In this document: piece after piece, positions 1 to 11,903 of the stretch | How the letters are laid out: every line of letters begins with the position of its first letter | Position numbering within the stretch: position 1 is the stretch's first letter | Source: Picochlorum sp. SENEW3 | Taxonomy: Eukaryota | Reading direction: 5' to 3' | DNA length: 64,000 bases | Assembly: GCA_034226945.1 (NCBI GenBank) | Contig: CP120453.1 | Location: 992,001 to 1,056,000, forward strand | Translations under genes and position numbers: made by a program | Notes under the pieces: generated by a model | Seen by the model: only the letters and a program-made list of their open reading frames with translations | Told to the model about the DNA's origin: nothing | Databases searched by the model: none

Positions 1-91
1 CTGTTCCAAAGCCAGTGGCAAACTCGTTACTACCAATGGCTATGGACAATCACTATGACGCTGCTAAAATATTTTTAAATAACTATACATA

Positions 92-1159
92 TCATTTGTA
101 TTCCGTTTTGGCCATATAGCGGAGGCATCGGAGATGCTCCAGGAGCAACTCTTGTGAAGAATGACCAGCCCGTTCTGCATCTTGGGATGTCGTCACAAAT
201 GTGTACATTGGGTCTGTACGCAGCACAGGATCCATCGCCTCGGATTTCATGTTGTACAGATTCACATGGCACGGGATTCCATGCTTCCTGCACAGCGCTA
301 CCATGGCTCTCATTTCCTCCAGGTGTTCAACACCTATGTGCACAGAGACGACAGTCATATTGATTCATACGCAGCCACACACACACACGGTCAATATATA
401 TATCATACCATGAACTTGGAATTGCCGCCGAGTTCCATGAAGTACAAGAAGCTGGCTCTCGTCACGATGCATTCTATTCCAGTGCAAGGCCATCCCCTTG
501 ATGACATCATCATCCCAAATGTATGCACCTGGGCAATTCAAACCAACATCAACATAGTGAACTTGCCTGAGATTCTTCATAAATCTCACCCAATCCTCAT
601 GCTCTGATGTAGAGGAAGACTGTGCCATGCTACTCATCTCTGTCAAAATCTGGTTCACCACCATCCCACCCTTGCTAAACCCAACCAAAGTCCACAAAAT
701 ATCCTTGTCTATGTATCCCTTCACAAGCCCATACAAGTGACGACATGCCTTGTTTGTTCTACTTGTAAACACCCACTGTGGTTTGATGGAAGAACGCAGT
801 CCTTTCCCATGGTACTTGATGTGATCACCAGCGACATCCCATGTGTCATATTCTATAAAATTATCATAGCAAGCAAAGCCTGCTTCGTACCGACACGGGT
901 GAATGATCACAATGGTCTTTGCAGTAGGAAATGCCTTGGCAAGGACATGTTCGGCAATGTACGCATCATCAGTTCCCAACCGAATGATATCTGGATGGCA
1001 ACCATGAAAATGACCTACATCATCACCTACAAAATACACAACAAGGTTTGTATTTGCCTGAGATGGGTCTACCCGTGGCGTATGACGTTTGAAAATGAAA
1101 AGTTTGTTTACTCCGCCATCTGGACCACGAATGGTCTCAACAAGCGTCGTTGTGTCCAT
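92..1159 (-). CDS. C2orf69/UPF0565-like alpha/beta-hydrolase-fold protein (2 exons; intron 334..408)
   Basis: Motifs VVYFVGDD and LVGFSKGGMVVNQIL match the C2orf69 family. A GT..AG intron joins ORF 365..1159 in frame to ORF 92..358 (VHG|VEHLEE). Confidence 0.8.
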
Positions 1160-1297
1160 TTCATCTTTATTATATACTATCCTTATGAATTATTATATAT
1201 AGATGTGCGATGAGGGATGCGGAAAAGAAGAAGAGTGCATGAGAGCTGTGGTCTCGGTCGAAGGTGTAGATGATGGGAGGTGTGGTATACTGATCTG

Positions 1298-1852
1298 TCA
1301 AACGCTTGCTGTGATGGGAGAGTATCGCGTCGTGGAACCTGGCAGGGTGGCGAGTGCTGCTGTATGGTCGTCTCCGGGGTAGAGAGCCCCTCCTAGTGAA
1401 ATATCGGCAGTATATATGTGCATAAAATATACTCGAGTTGTTCCAGGTACTCTTGGTGCTGCGTTCCGGGAGATATTGGTCTCTGTTACGGCGAAAACAC
1501 CTCCGCGGGCGGAGCTGGTGACTGGTTGGACGACCACTGCTCGTGGTGTGTATTCCCCGAGACGGGCGATATACTGCCGAAAAATGGCATGGAAAATGTC
1601 ATCATAGGTATCGATAGTCGCAAGATAAACGCGAGATTGGTGCGTATTCTGCGTGCTGGTGGCAACTTGGCGGCAGTGGTTTGCCCTGCAGGCACACAAG
1701 GTAGGGTTCACACAAGGTATGGCCCGTTCTGCTCGTGGATGGCATCCATTGTGGATGCATCTCGTACACACGAATGATGGTATCAAGGTTATTATTATTA
1801 TTACAACATATCTGGAGGATGATGGATAGAGTGGAGTGTGACTGAATCTCAT
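1298..1852 (-). CDS. Hypothetical small protein, possibly secreted and Cys-rich
   Basis: Open frame from ATG 1852 (MRFSHT...) with a hydrophobic stretch YVVIIIITLIPSFVC followed by a Cys cluster. No family recognised. Confidence 0.35.
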   Translation of the reverse strand: MRFSHTPLYPSSSRYVVIIIITLIPSFVCTRCIHNGCHPRAERAIPCVNPTLCACRANHCRQVATSTQNTHQSRVYLATIDTYDDIFHAIFRQYIARLGEYTPRAVVVQPVTSSARGGVFAVTETNISRNAAPRVPGTTRVYFMHIYTADISLGGALYPGDDHTAALATLPGSTTRYSPITASV

Positions 1853-2524
1853 GGTATGAATGAAGCACTCTGCGAGCAATACAGTTACGGATCTATCTGA
1901 CAGATATATTTGTTGTATGCTCATCTTTCAATTGTTTTCTTGTCAGAATGCTGGGTGAAGAATATCACCACGTGTCAGGATTTCTGAAGTAACGCTTGTT
2001 ACTATGAAGCCTACAATGTGTTTCTACTCGTACAGCATTCCCATACCTCTGGTTGTCCAACATGAGAGACTCGAATGACGATGCGTCCTACTTCGACTTC
2101 CCTTGCTGACTATTCATGCAAGGATAACCCTTGTTGATGAAGAATCACATTCGATCCCTTATCAATGCCATATCCGACGAGTCATCACGACATTGGCACA
2201 CACCAAATTGACTGACGCCTGTCTGTTTTTCTGCAGTCGCGACTGATCGGTCCAGAAGCAGCGCCATCCGGAGGAGGCCTGGATTGCCACGAGACCATTA
2301 TCCATATCATTAGTATTGAAATATGCCTACAACATTATCATTGTACTCCGTAGAAAAAATTGCATATATTGATTCAATTGTAATTAATGGGTACAGAAGC
2401 GTGTTGCGGCCAAATCATCTTTTGAAAGCCCGTAGCCCTGTGTCGACCTCTCGTTGGGAAGACGACTGTTTTCCACCGTTTTGAGACAGCTCAATTTCAA
2501 ACAGATCTATCCTTGTAACTTGGA

Positions 2525-3796
2525 ATGAATACGGTACTACATAGTCAAAGAGTTGGTTCTGGTGCTCTGCACAGGTCGAGCCATGAGCCCGTAGGTTGGT
2601 CTGCGAAGCGTTTCCGCCTGGGACCAAATTATAGTGGGCAACGGGTATCATGGGTAGAAACACTTCACAGAAATTCGTGGTATTCTGTTGGTGACGAAGT
2701 GTGTTTGAGGTTACAATGCTCTCGACCAAACATATCTTCAGCTGCGAGCAGCGTGGAGTACAGTTCTGTGCAGACAGAGATACAGTACTCGATACAAAGC
2801 CGTGTGGAGGTGACTCAAAGTTCACTAAAGCAGGAAGGATCATCGTCCAAGACGCAGCAGTCCACCTATGGACCATCAGCTCATGTTACTGCCACAGGGA
2901 GGGTGGTGGCGATTGGGGATATTCATGGGGATATTCAGAAGTTGTTGGATTGTCTGAAGATTTCAGGGCTGATACGTGAAGATGATCATGGGATTCGATG
3001 GATTGGTGGTGACGCTACAGTTGTACAATTGGGGGATGTTTTGGACAGGGGGGATGCAGAGATTTCGACAATCTTATTGCTCCGAGAGTTAGACAAGCAG
3101 GCCAGGCAGGATGGCGGGGCGGTTCATATGTTGAATGGAAATCATGAAAGTTTGAATGTTGCTGGTGATTTTAGGTATGTCACCCCAGGAGCGTTTTGGG
3201 AGTCTGCAATGGCAGCGGGGCTGGGCGAGGATGACGCTTTGCGCAGCAAAGAGGCCATTCTCCAGGCTCGATGGGCATTGTATCGTCCTGGTGGCGTCAT
3301 GGCAAAGGAATTGTCCCGAAATCCGACTGTGTTGATCGTGAATAACGAGATTGTCTTTGCGCATGGCGGGCTGCTTCCCCATCATGTAAAGTATGGTGTT
3401 CAGCGCATTAATGATGAGGTTGCAAAGTGGATGAAGGGAGCTGACTGTACAGATGGATCAGCTCCGTCACCGCCATTTACGGCCATGGGTGACTCAAACT
3501 CTGTCATGTGGAATAGGACATTCGGGAAGGAGCGATGTTCACCCTATGACAGGATTCAAATGAAACGGCAGTTGGATGCAACATTGCAACAGTTGGGGGC
3601 CAAGGCTATGGTGGTCGGTCACACGCCTCAAATGACAGGATTGAATGCAGAATGTAATGGGCGTATTTGGCGAGTGGATGTAGGCATGTCATCAGGTGTG
3701 TTGAATGCAGAAGCCCAGGTTTTAGAGTTTAGCAAGGATGAATCAGGTAATCTCCAAGCTTCTCTGTTAACGCCAGACTTTACTCCATACCTGTGA
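2525..3796 (+). CDS. SLP1: Shewanella-like protein phosphatase (metallophosphoesterase), probably plastid-targeted
   Basis: GDIHGD, GDVLDRG, GNHE, HGG, GHTPQ and RVDVGMS motifs; long Ser/Arg-rich N-terminal extension. Confidence 0.9.
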   Translation: MNTVLHSQRVGSGALHRSSHEPVGWSAKRFRLGPNYSGQRVSWVETLHRNSWYSVGDEVCLRLQCSRPNISSAASSVEYSSVQTEIQYSIQSRVEVTQSSLKQEGSSSKTQQSTYGPSAHVTATGRVVAIGDIHGDIQKLLDCLKISGLIREDDHGIRWIGGDATVVQLGDVLDRGDAEISTILLLRELDKQARQDGGAVHMLNGNHESLNVAGDFRYVTPGAFWESAMAAGLGEDDALRSKEAILQARWALYRPGGVMAKELSRNPTVLIVNNEIVFAHGGLLPHHVKYGVQRINDEVAKWMKGADCTDGSAPSPPFTAMGDSNSVMWNRTFGKERCSPYDRIQMKRQLDATLQQLGAKAMVVGHTPQMTGLNAECNGRIWRVDVGMSSGVLNAEAQVLEFSKDESGNLQASLLTPDFTPYL

Positions 3797-4242
3797 CACG
3801 AAATGCGTCTTTTTCCATAGTTGACAATGAGAACATTGCCAACAGGGCACTACATGTAGAATTCTGCATGGTGACCATGCAATTGTATAATAATCTTTAC
3901 TGTTTTTCTTTTTACCATGCAACAAAAGGACAAAATCGTATGAATTCATTTTTATGAGCCAGATAGAAATTAGGAAAATCAAAACTTTTTCTGTGTTTTC
4001 ATTTGAATAATCATGCTTGCATCTTTGCGTGCCAGAATGAGTAGGATTGCCTGAAAGTTCAGGCCTCAGAGCCCATCCTGCTTTTCTCAGAAGGCATTCA
4101 TTGGAACATATTCATCTTATTTTCTTGTATGCGTTGCGAATCTTTTGACTGATGAAAATATGTCGGCGGAAAATGCACAAAATCTCAAAATTGTATCATA
4201 TGCTTCACATTGCCTGCACAAGTAACTCCAGATCGTGTGTCA

Positions 4243-5487
4243 TCATACTTGAGCGAAAAAGTTGTTGGGATCGCGCAAATCACACGTTTTATATCCTGTT
4301 ACTTCATCTCGACCAGCACCATCCGGCTCATCAGAGGAATAAAGAGCTTCAATGTCATCCGTCTGATCAGGGGTGGTGCTCACCTGGCTTGATTTGACAC
4401 CCATAAGCATGAGCTTCTCAGCCACCGTATTATTCGAGTTCTTGATATCTTCTTCAATCTTTTCTAGTCTTGGGCGCTCAATCTCTCGACTGGCATTCCT
4501 CAATCTCATGACATCCACGTCTTCTGATCGACGAGGTTGCCACTTGGACAACATTGCTGCTGTCTGTCTCCAAGGTGGAAGAGGCGTTCCAGTCTTCATG
4601 AAAGCTCGCGCCATCTCTTCACATAGTATATCCACGCCTTCTGCTATCCTCTTCATGGGCGCCACCACTGCTGAGGGGACCGCAGATAAGATGCAATCAT
4701 AACGCATAGTAGGATGTGCAATCTCAAATTGATCCAAAAACTTTGGATCTACGATCAATTCTTTGTTAATTGTCTTCCCATTAATGTGATCAGGCGCATT
4801 GGGAAGTGTCACCGCCAGAAAGCAGTGTCGGAGGTTTCTAAGGCAGGACGCACTCCCTCCAATAGAGTCTCCTCCCAGCGCAGTCCTAACCTTTACAGAG
4901 TAGCCCAGCGCTCGAAGCCTCTCTCCCAACATTTCCACTTCCATTTCTTCTCCATATCTTTCCAATGCGTCATCTCTCGCATATTTGACATGCATGGACA
5001 GCATGTATTCATCATCATCCTGAGGCGTCAACATCTCCTTCAACCTCTCAAGCTTCTGAGTGCTTGGTACAGTGTCATCGTTGTGATTCTCGGCAAAACC
5101 GATGTCATCTTCAGCCGTATCTTCCATATCGAAAAGCAGCGATGGAACCTTGCTCAAAGATGCCGTCCCTCCACACGCCGAAAAGTCAACCTTTCTGTTC
5201 CCACGCCCTTTGGGGATTGTAAAAGAGAGAGATGTGTCCCTTGATCCGTCGCGAAGAACCTCTCTACCCTCCATTCGATCATTTTTAAGTGCACTTGGTT
5301 TTGGACTGGATACAATCGCTGACTTCTTAGTGTGCTGCTGGCCACAGAAACCTTGCTTCATACCACCACTTTGACTAAGGCATCCTTGGCCATTTGATCC
5401 AAATGGCACGGAGCTCTGCGTGGCTTGGGACGTTGTCGACCCGTTTGCTGTGTCCACGCGGGGAACACGAATCACAGGCCGAACCAT
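4243..5487 (-). CDS. DUF506 (PDDEXK-like) plant/green-algal protein
   Basis: IVDPKFLDQFEIAHPT...LPPWRQTAAMLSKW signature; first in-frame ATG at 5487. Confidence 0.85.
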   Translation of the reverse strand: MVRPVIRVPRVDTANGSTTSQATQSSVPFGSNGQGCLSQSGGMKQGFCGQQHTKKSAIVSSPKPSALKNDRMEGREVLRDGSRDTSLSFTIPKGRGNRKVDFSACGGTASLSKVPSLLFDMEDTAEDDIGFAENHNDDTVPSTQKLERLKEMLTPQDDDEYMLSMHVKYARDDALERYGEEMEVEMLGERLRALGYSVKVRTALGGDSIGGSASCLRNLRHCFLAVTLPNAPDHINGKTINKELIVDPKFLDQFEIAHPTMRYDCILSAVPSAVVAPMKRIAEGVDILCEEMARAFMKTGTPLPPWRQTAAMLSKWQPRRSEDVDVMRLRNASREIERPRLEKIEEDIKNSNNTVAEKLMLMGVKSSQVSTTPDQTDDIEALYSSDEPDGAGRDEVTGYKTCDLRDPNNFFAQV

Positions 5488-6310
5488 GGCGCACGTGTCT
5501 GACAAGCTCACTCACTTCTAGAAGAACTTATACAACCTGACACAAGTTTTGCTCCTAGATATCTGACCCACACAAGTTTTCCTCGAATGAAATCCGTTGA
5601 ATCGAAAAAAGTATCGATCCAATATGTTTTAAAATCTATCAAACACAATGCACCGCAAAATCCTACAATGCGATGTCGATTGCCCACGTGTCCAGATTCG
5701 TCAGGACCTGGTCTAGACACGCGCCTCACGCGTCCGTCGAGACTCCAAGGCTGACTCAGAACACGTTCCTTTTCGCGGGACCCTGGATTAACTCTACGAT
5801 TAATCCACTATTACAACAAATGGAAAATAGTCGGGCCAATATTCCTCCGTTTCACACTCACAATATACTTGTTCGTTTTGTTCCCTCCCTGTAACACCGG
5901 AGATTCTCAGCCTCTCCTGTGTCCAGTTCTTGATTCTTCGATACCGACGATGAAAAAATGGTGTGAGAAAATATCACAGTTCAAAATAGTAACAAAATGA
6001 TTTGTGTCAGGGAGGGAAGACAGACGTTTATGTTCTAGGGCAACCAGATTCGATTTTCGACGTCATCGATTTCCAAAATAGATCTCGGTCAAAGATATCC
6101 TTTGATGGTAGGTTTAACCTCCGGCCGCCAGATACCTTTTCCGTGAATCTTTTTCCTACTTTCTTTTCTAGTCGATTCCGGTAGATTGGGCATAACGCAA
6201 TGGAGTGGATGGGCTCTAGTTGCCTGTGGAAAGTGCACCGCAGTTTTCGTATTGCACCCGACGAGGTTAAATCATTGTAATGCAATAAAGTCACGTTACA
6301 TGTCACATGG

Positions 6311-8881
6311 CTACACAGTGTAGCCAATTAGAGAAAAAATTTCTGTCAGGTTTTCAAGAGACAGGTACTCTGCATGTCCACTTATGATATCCGAGCAGTT
6401 GACATTTTCAATGCCTGGAGAGTCAACTGGGCCAAGGCCTGCTGCAGGTTTCGAAACTCCTTGCCAGAACATGACGGTCAAAAGCCAGTCACGTGTGCTG
6501 TAGCAGTTGACGAAACGGCCGGCAATGAGGGAGCGGGCTTCTGACCACAATTCAGTGTCTGGAGTGATGGGGGCTCCCATAAGGATCACGTCTTGGATGA
6601 GTCCTCGAAGCGATTGAATTCGCTTATTTTTTCTATCATAGGCAGTATTCGACCGTGGCAATAACTGGCTGACGAGTTCTTGCATACAGGACATGACCAC
6701 TCGTGTGCCCATTGAATGAGCTATAAGAGTCACGGGTCTACCTCCTGTTCCCCCTTGCAAAAGAATATGTGCGAGCAACTTGCCCGCCTTGTCTGATCTC
6801 TCCCCTGCTGTTGTCCAGGCATTCTCTATGAGCAGGCCTGCTGCAGCTCCTAAAAGGACAGTTGGGCCCAATGCTGTGACCAATCCAGCAGAACCAGCCA
6901 CAAGATGCTGAACTCCATATCGGGCTGCTTGTCCTGTCACGCCTTTTGCAATCAGCCCTCCTAGGGCTGATGTTAATGCTAGGAGTTCTTGCCTACACCA
7001 TACCAGTGCGTATCGATCGGATGCAGGAGCTATGATTGAGGTGGACCATGGTTTGATGTAATCACTGTCTGATGTAATCCACCCACTGATGGCAATCGTC
7101 GTGGACAATTTGATACCTTCCGATTTTGGAGTTTGTGGCGACGGAATAGGAGAGAGTGGGATCTCATCTTCCTTCTTCTTATCTGTAGAAGATGGGGTGG
7201 CCTTGGAAGCATCATCCTGCTTGGACTTTGAAGATGAAAACCAGTACTGCCATGTGCTTGTCGTCGTCTCTTTCTGCTCTTCCTGTGTCGAGTCTTTCGA
7301 TGGAGTCCTAATAACATGACCCTCATTCATGGTGTACTCCATGTGTGATACAGAAACATCTTTGCTGACAAGGGTCTCCTTATGCGGAGAGTGCAGTATA
7401 TCACCTAGGAGATAAAATCCAAAATCTTTCACATCTGCTGTTCTATATGCCATTTTACTGCCTGTTGTCGCCGCTCCCGCAGTTGCCATCGTAGTTGTCA
7501 GTGCTGCAACCCCGGCTTGCGTTGATAGGAAGCCAGCTGCTGAGACTGCTGCACCAGCAGCACCTGGGACAATGCCTAGAATGGATCCCACTCCAGCAGC
7601 AATCGCGGGTGCTGCAAGGCCCCCGGTTACTGCAAACAATGCACCACCTCCTACTGCTGCAGCACCTACTTTCCAGTATCGATAGCGATCTGACACAGAG
7701 TGCGATCTCCCACTCTGCCTTGAAGTTGCAGGTGCTCTATCACTTCCTAAAAGAACCTCCAGGGTAGCTAATCTATTTTCATCCAAATGCAGCCATCTAC
7801 AAACCATTTTAAGGGCAACACGAGCCCTTGCATCATACCATCTAACACATGGTGGGGGCCCTTGGCGTTTAAGTGCTGCAGTAGCATCGCCATCTGCGCC
7901 GAATCGATCCTTGTCATACGAGCCAATCTCAGCAGCAGCTTCACTCGCCGCAAAACTCGCCCCAATGGTGCACTGTAAAAGTTCCCAGACTCCAGCGATT
8001 GCAATCGGTGATACATATACATCGTTGATTCTAGCATGTTGCAGAGCATCAGTATGATTCTCATCAAGATGTGTACCAGACTCCTGCATCTCCAATGATG
8101 CTTGCTGGGATATGGGGCTCCCTAATGGAGATTTCTCAAACTCCTCCACTATGTACAACAAATTTTTATACTCAACTTTGCGAGATTCTTCATGAGCCTC
8201 ACCAGCAGCAAGGTGTTTCAGCTTTTCGATTTCCTCTTCAAGGCGTTTTGGACAGGGCTTTCCATCCTGCATTTCCTCTCTTTCTCCTTTCTCCCTTGTG
8301 TCCGTAGGGGGTTCCCCAGAGTGAAAATCAGTGTGATGACACGCATCATCCCCCGCCTTGTGCACGCGCTTTGACCCTCCTCCCAACTCATGCACTGTTT
8401 GAATATCAAAGACTTCCTCATCTGACGACCCAGATATGACACTGTCCCACACATCCTGGGGCTTGGGTTTACAAGGGCGATGCAATGTTATCGGAGGCAG
8501 TTTTGCAGCCAGTTCAGCATCAAGAACAGATATAAGAGATCGCACTGTGGACCTAAAGACATCAGGTGTAGCTCGCTGACCAGCCACACTGGGCAGAGCT
8601 TTCAAACCAGCCCATTTAAAGCAAGGCAGCCCCAATTGCCAGTAGACAGCATCTAAAAAACCTCCAGAAGCAGCTAAATCACGGCCCCAGAAACCATCAC
8701 GCTCCTCATTCACCTGTTGATTGTTCTTCCCTTGTGTATTCACAGAAAAGACAACACCTTCCTCCTCCTCCTCCCCCCAGTCGTCCTTATCGTATGACTC
8801 GACAGAAGCAGCGCTGGAATGTAAAGCAAGAGTGAATAGTGCTGCGATGCTATAGCGCTCCGCTTCTTCCAGCTCTTGCAT
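6311..8881 (-). CDS. TMCO4/Mil1 (DUF726) family lipase-like membrane protein
   Basis: GGGALFAVTGGLAAPAIAAG, RPVTLIAHSMG and RFVNCYSTRDWLL motifs. Confidence 0.88.
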   Translation of the reverse strand: MQELEEAERYSIAALFTLALHSSAASVESYDKDDWGEEEEEGVVFSVNTQGKNNQQVNEERDGFWGRDLAASGGFLDAVYWQLGLPCFKWAGLKALPSVAGQRATPDVFRSTVRSLISVLDAELAAKLPPITLHRPCKPKPQDVWDSVISGSSDEEVFDIQTVHELGGGSKRVHKAGDDACHHTDFHSGEPPTDTREKGEREEMQDGKPCPKRLEEEIEKLKHLAAGEAHEESRKVEYKNLLYIVEEFEKSPLGSPISQQASLEMQESGTHLDENHTDALQHARINDVYVSPIAIAGVWELLQCTIGASFAASEAAAEIGSYDKDRFGADGDATAALKRQGPPPCVRWYDARARVALKMVCRWLHLDENRLATLEVLLGSDRAPATSRQSGRSHSVSDRYRYWKVGAAAVGGGALFAVTGGLAAPAIAAGVGSILGIVPGAAGAAVSAAGFLSTQAGVAALTTTMATAGAATTGSKMAYRTADVKDFGFYLLGDILHSPHKETLVSKDVSVSHMEYTMNEGHVIRTPSKDSTQEEQKETTTSTWQYWFSSSKSKQDDASKATPSSTDKKKEDEIPLSPIPSPQTPKSEGIKLSTTIAISGWITSDSDYIKPWSTSIIAPASDRYALVWCRQELLALTSALGGLIAKGVTGQAARYGVQHLVAGSAGLVTALGPTVLLGAAAGLLIENAWTTAGERSDKAGKLLAHILLQGGTGGRPVTLIAHSMGTRVVMSCMQELVSQLLPRSNTAYDRKNKRIQSLRGLIQDVILMGAPITPDTELWSEARSLIAGRFVNCYSTRDWLLTVMFWQGVSKPAAGLGPVDSPGIENVNCSDIISGHAEYLSLENLTEIFSLIGYTV

Positions 8882-9220
8882 ATCTTGAGTGGGCAGTCAG
8901 TGGAACGAACACGCCTTCTCTTCCCTTTCCCTGACAGAAAGGATGACTCAGACCATCAGGAATCATTCATTTGATACAAATTTACAGACTTAATCGTAAT
9001 TAAATAAAACCACGTCAACACGTCAGCGTATCCATCGAGTTTCTTGATTCAAACGAATTCAACAGTCTCGAATGGGGTCTTTGGTCGACATTGCCCGTCA
9101 GAGGATGCGCTTGATGGGTGTTCTAAAAATTACACAGGACATTCTCAGCAGTCGTCATGTCAGTCATGATGACATGGATCATTGCCAAGATCCTGTTGAA
9201 AACATCTATTGCTATCCACA

Positions 9221-9952
9221 ATGTCGAGTTTGAGCACGGCAATTTCACAACTGGATGCTTTGATTCTTCGTCTCCAGGACGGTTCTATTCTTCAGAATGC
9301 TCCTCCAAAACAGACTGGTACGGATAGAAATCAACGCACTATAGATACGGATGGTGAGAATATACCTAGGGAAAAGCAGGGGAAGAAGAAAAAGAAGGAG
9401 AAGAAGGACAAGCCACAGCAGCCTAAGAAGAAGGGAAATGAGGTCCAGGATGTGATTCAAAAAGCATACCTGGTGGTGGCCCGAGTTGAGAATGTAAAGG
9501 CCCATCCAAACTCAGATAAGCTGATAATTTGTCAACTCGATTGTGGCGATCATTCAAGGCAGATTGTTGCTGGGCTACAACAGTATGTTGATGTAGGGAC
9601 ATTTGAAGGAAGCAAGGTGGTTTGTATTATCAATCTAAAGACAGCGAAATTGGGTGGTGAGACATCAGAAGGCATGATATTAGCATCCAGTAGTGATTCC
9701 AAGGTGTATCCCATCATTCCACCGAGTAGTGCAACGCCAGGGACCCTTGTGTACCCAGAGAAATTAGTAGATGCTCCTGCAGATGCATCGTTGTGTCCCA
9801 AAACGCTGAAAGGAGATATGTGGCGAAGTATAGTTCCGGAATTGTCCGTGTCATCCGAGGTATGCTGCTATAAAGGGCACCAGTTGGTAGCTGGAGAGCA
9901 CGGACCAGTGACAGCTCCAGGGTTTACCATGCCTCACGTCACCATCAATTAA
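9221..9952 (+). CDS. tRNA-binding OB-fold protein (Arc1p/AIMP1/MetRS C-terminal-like)
   Basis: Lys-rich linker followed by AHPNSDKL, RQIVAGL, INLKTAKLGGETSEGMILA; ATG at 9221. Confidence 0.85.
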   Translation: MSSLSTAISQLDALILRLQDGSILQNAPPKQTGTDRNQRTIDTDGENIPREKQGKKKKKEKKDKPQQPKKKGNEVQDVIQKAYLVVARVENVKAHPNSDKLIICQLDCGDHSRQIVAGLQQYVDVGTFEGSKVVCIINLKTAKLGGETSEGMILASSSDSKVYPIIPPSSATPGTLVYPEKLVDAPADASLCPKTLKGDMWRSIVPELSVSSEVCCYKGHQLVAGEHGPVTAPGFTMPHVTIN

Positions 9953-9994
9953 TTAATTCAATGCATGTTACACGGTATGCATATATTCATCTAC

Positions 9995-11203
9995 TTATGC
10001 ATCAATCTCTACTGATATGCCAAGAGGGGCATGATCAGATCCCATGAAGGATGGTAGATGATAGCAGTCATACACGCTACTCCTGAACAAACTGTCAGAG
10101 ACGAGGAAATAATCCAATCTCCATCCCTTATTCTTTGCACGCAAATTAAATCTGTAGCCCCAATATGTATATCCAATAACGCCGGGGTGAAGCGTCCTAA
10201 ACGCATCTGTCAACCCGTTCTTGAGGTACCTCTTTGCAAAACTCTCCCGCTCTTCAATAGTGAACCCTGCACTCCTCAAGTTTGTTTTGGGACTGTGAAT
10301 GTCAATTTCTTCAGCAGCACAATTCATATCTCCAACGAGTACAACCGGTTTCCCCTCCTTCTCTTCCAACGCTTTCACGTGATTTGACAATGCAACATCC
10401 CATTCTTGAACCCGAAAGTCGAGCCGTTTCAAACCAGCTCCAGAATTGGGAACATACGTATTCACAATATAGAAAGAATCAAACTCTGCGGTAATGATGC
10501 GACCTTCTTCATCATTTTCCGAGTGCTCTTCATGAGTTAGACCATACGTTACTCTCAGAGGCTTCTTCTTGGACAAAATTGCCGTCCCAGAGTACCCCTT
10601 CTTCACTGTTGAAAAATTCCAATACCCATGGCTACACTCTGGGAAATACTTGTGGAACGCTGCACGAGCATCCTCACCATGCTTTCCCTCCTGCAGCTTG
10701 TGCTCTTGAATACAGAATATATCAGGACTCTCCTCCGCAACCAACGTTTCAAGATCCTCTGACGCTTTTTTCAAAAATGCTCGCAATCCAGCCACATTCC
10801 ATGACACAATCGAAACACAATTCTTCTTCTTCGGCTTCCTCATCGTCACAGGATCATACACAACAGCATTCTCATGACTATTCTTCTTCGCCACGGTTTT
10901 CTTCCTCTTTGACGGTGCCGCCTCTTCACCCGCCTCAGTGCCACGTTTCTGTTTGCTGTCACCACCAGCTACCTGATCAACTGGCGGTAGATCATCCATC
11001 GTCATATTTGTCAACAGAGAACAATCTGTCGTATTACCGAGTACCAGAAGGTGACTGCTAAATCGTCGACGAGCGTAATCACAAGGACTCACAAGATGAG
11101 TGTCCAATGAAGACAGAAAATGAGTGGAAGATTTGAATCCCCAACCTGCAGTTCGAATACTCCGTTGCACCAGCACAGCTCGACTCAACAACAGGCACAC
11201 CAT
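9995..11203 (-). CDS. ARP: AP endonuclease, ExoIII family, plant ARP-like, with organellar-type N-terminal extension
   Basis: SWNVAGLR, QEHK, GYSGTA, EGRII, YVPNSG, GDMN, YTYWGYR, GWRLDYFL, GSDH motifs. Confidence 0.92.
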   Translation of the reverse strand: MVCLLLSRAVLVQRSIRTAGWGFKSSTHFLSSLDTHLVSPCDYARRRFSSHLLVLGNTTDCSLLTNMTMDDLPPVDQVAGGDSKQKRGTEAGEEAAPSKRKKTVAKKNSHENAVVYDPVTMRKPKKKNCVSIVSWNVAGLRAFLKKASEDLETLVAEESPDIFCIQEHKLQEGKHGEDARAAFHKYFPECSHGYWNFSTVKKGYSGTAILSKKKPLRVTYGLTHEEHSENDEEGRIITAEFDSFYIVNTYVPNSGAGLKRLDFRVQEWDVALSNHVKALEEKEGKPVVLVGDMNCAAEEIDIHSPKTNLRSAGFTIEERESFAKRYLKNGLTDAFRTLHPGVIGYTYWGYRFNLRAKNKGWRLDYFLVSDSLFRSSVYDCYHLPSFMGSDHAPLGISVEIDA

Positions 11204-11418
11204 TCACACTCGAATATATATATGCAGAGAATTATTGATTCGTCTGCCATCTGTCCCGCACAACACGTATCATCACAAGGTTCTGTGTCAAGTACAGCCA
11301 TCTTCTTTTTTTCCGTATTAAATACGGAGATAAATCTCAGTATTGCATCTGAAATGAAAAATGAAACAACACAATCAATAAAATAGTAATAATAGGTGAG
11401 AAATTCATTCGACCGACC

Positions 11419-11888
11419 ATGAATGTCAACGATGCTCAAGGCACGTCCGACGATGTGGCATTCTTCAGTGACCAGAAAGCCATGACCACGTCGGAGGTCG
11501 CTATTGCACTGGAACAATACACCAGGGATAGAAAATTACGAGATCCTTCGTATCAGCCAAACATACTGGTATCGAAAACGATAGAATACACGAATACGAT
11601 TGCAACCAATAAAAATCCAGACACAGTGAGGAAAATTAGAAGGTACGAGCCCTTTCCCCTGACCAGTATCGTACATAGTAGCGAATAACACCTTTTTAAT
11701 GTATATATAGTCGTTTGGCAGAGGCTGGAATGACAGAACAAGAATTAGCTCTCGTTGCCAACCTGCAACTTCAGACTGCAGAGGAAGCAAAAGTACTAGT
11801 CCCCAGTCTCGCTGCAGAGGGTCGGTTCACCGACGATGAGTTGAATAGAATTCTTTTAGAGATTGAAAATTACCGAGAATTTGAATAA
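11419..11888 (+). CDS. RPB4: RNA polymerase II subunit RPB4 (intron 11643..11710)
   Basis: Spliced product ...KIRS RLAEAGMTEQELALVANLQLQTAEEAKVLVPSL...ILLEIENYREFE* has the HRDC-like RPB4 C-terminus. TGTAA at 11896. Confidence 0.85.
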
Positions 11889-11903
11889 AACTACATGTAA
11901 AAC

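Noticed and set aside
5784..5807. 8-bp inverted repeat TGGATTAA...TTAATCCA
   Set aside because: Short enough to occur by chance, with no other support.
6028..6327. 99-aa minus-strand ORF after TMCO4
   Set aside because: Non-ATG start, overlaps the TMCO4 stop and has no motifs. Probably UTR.
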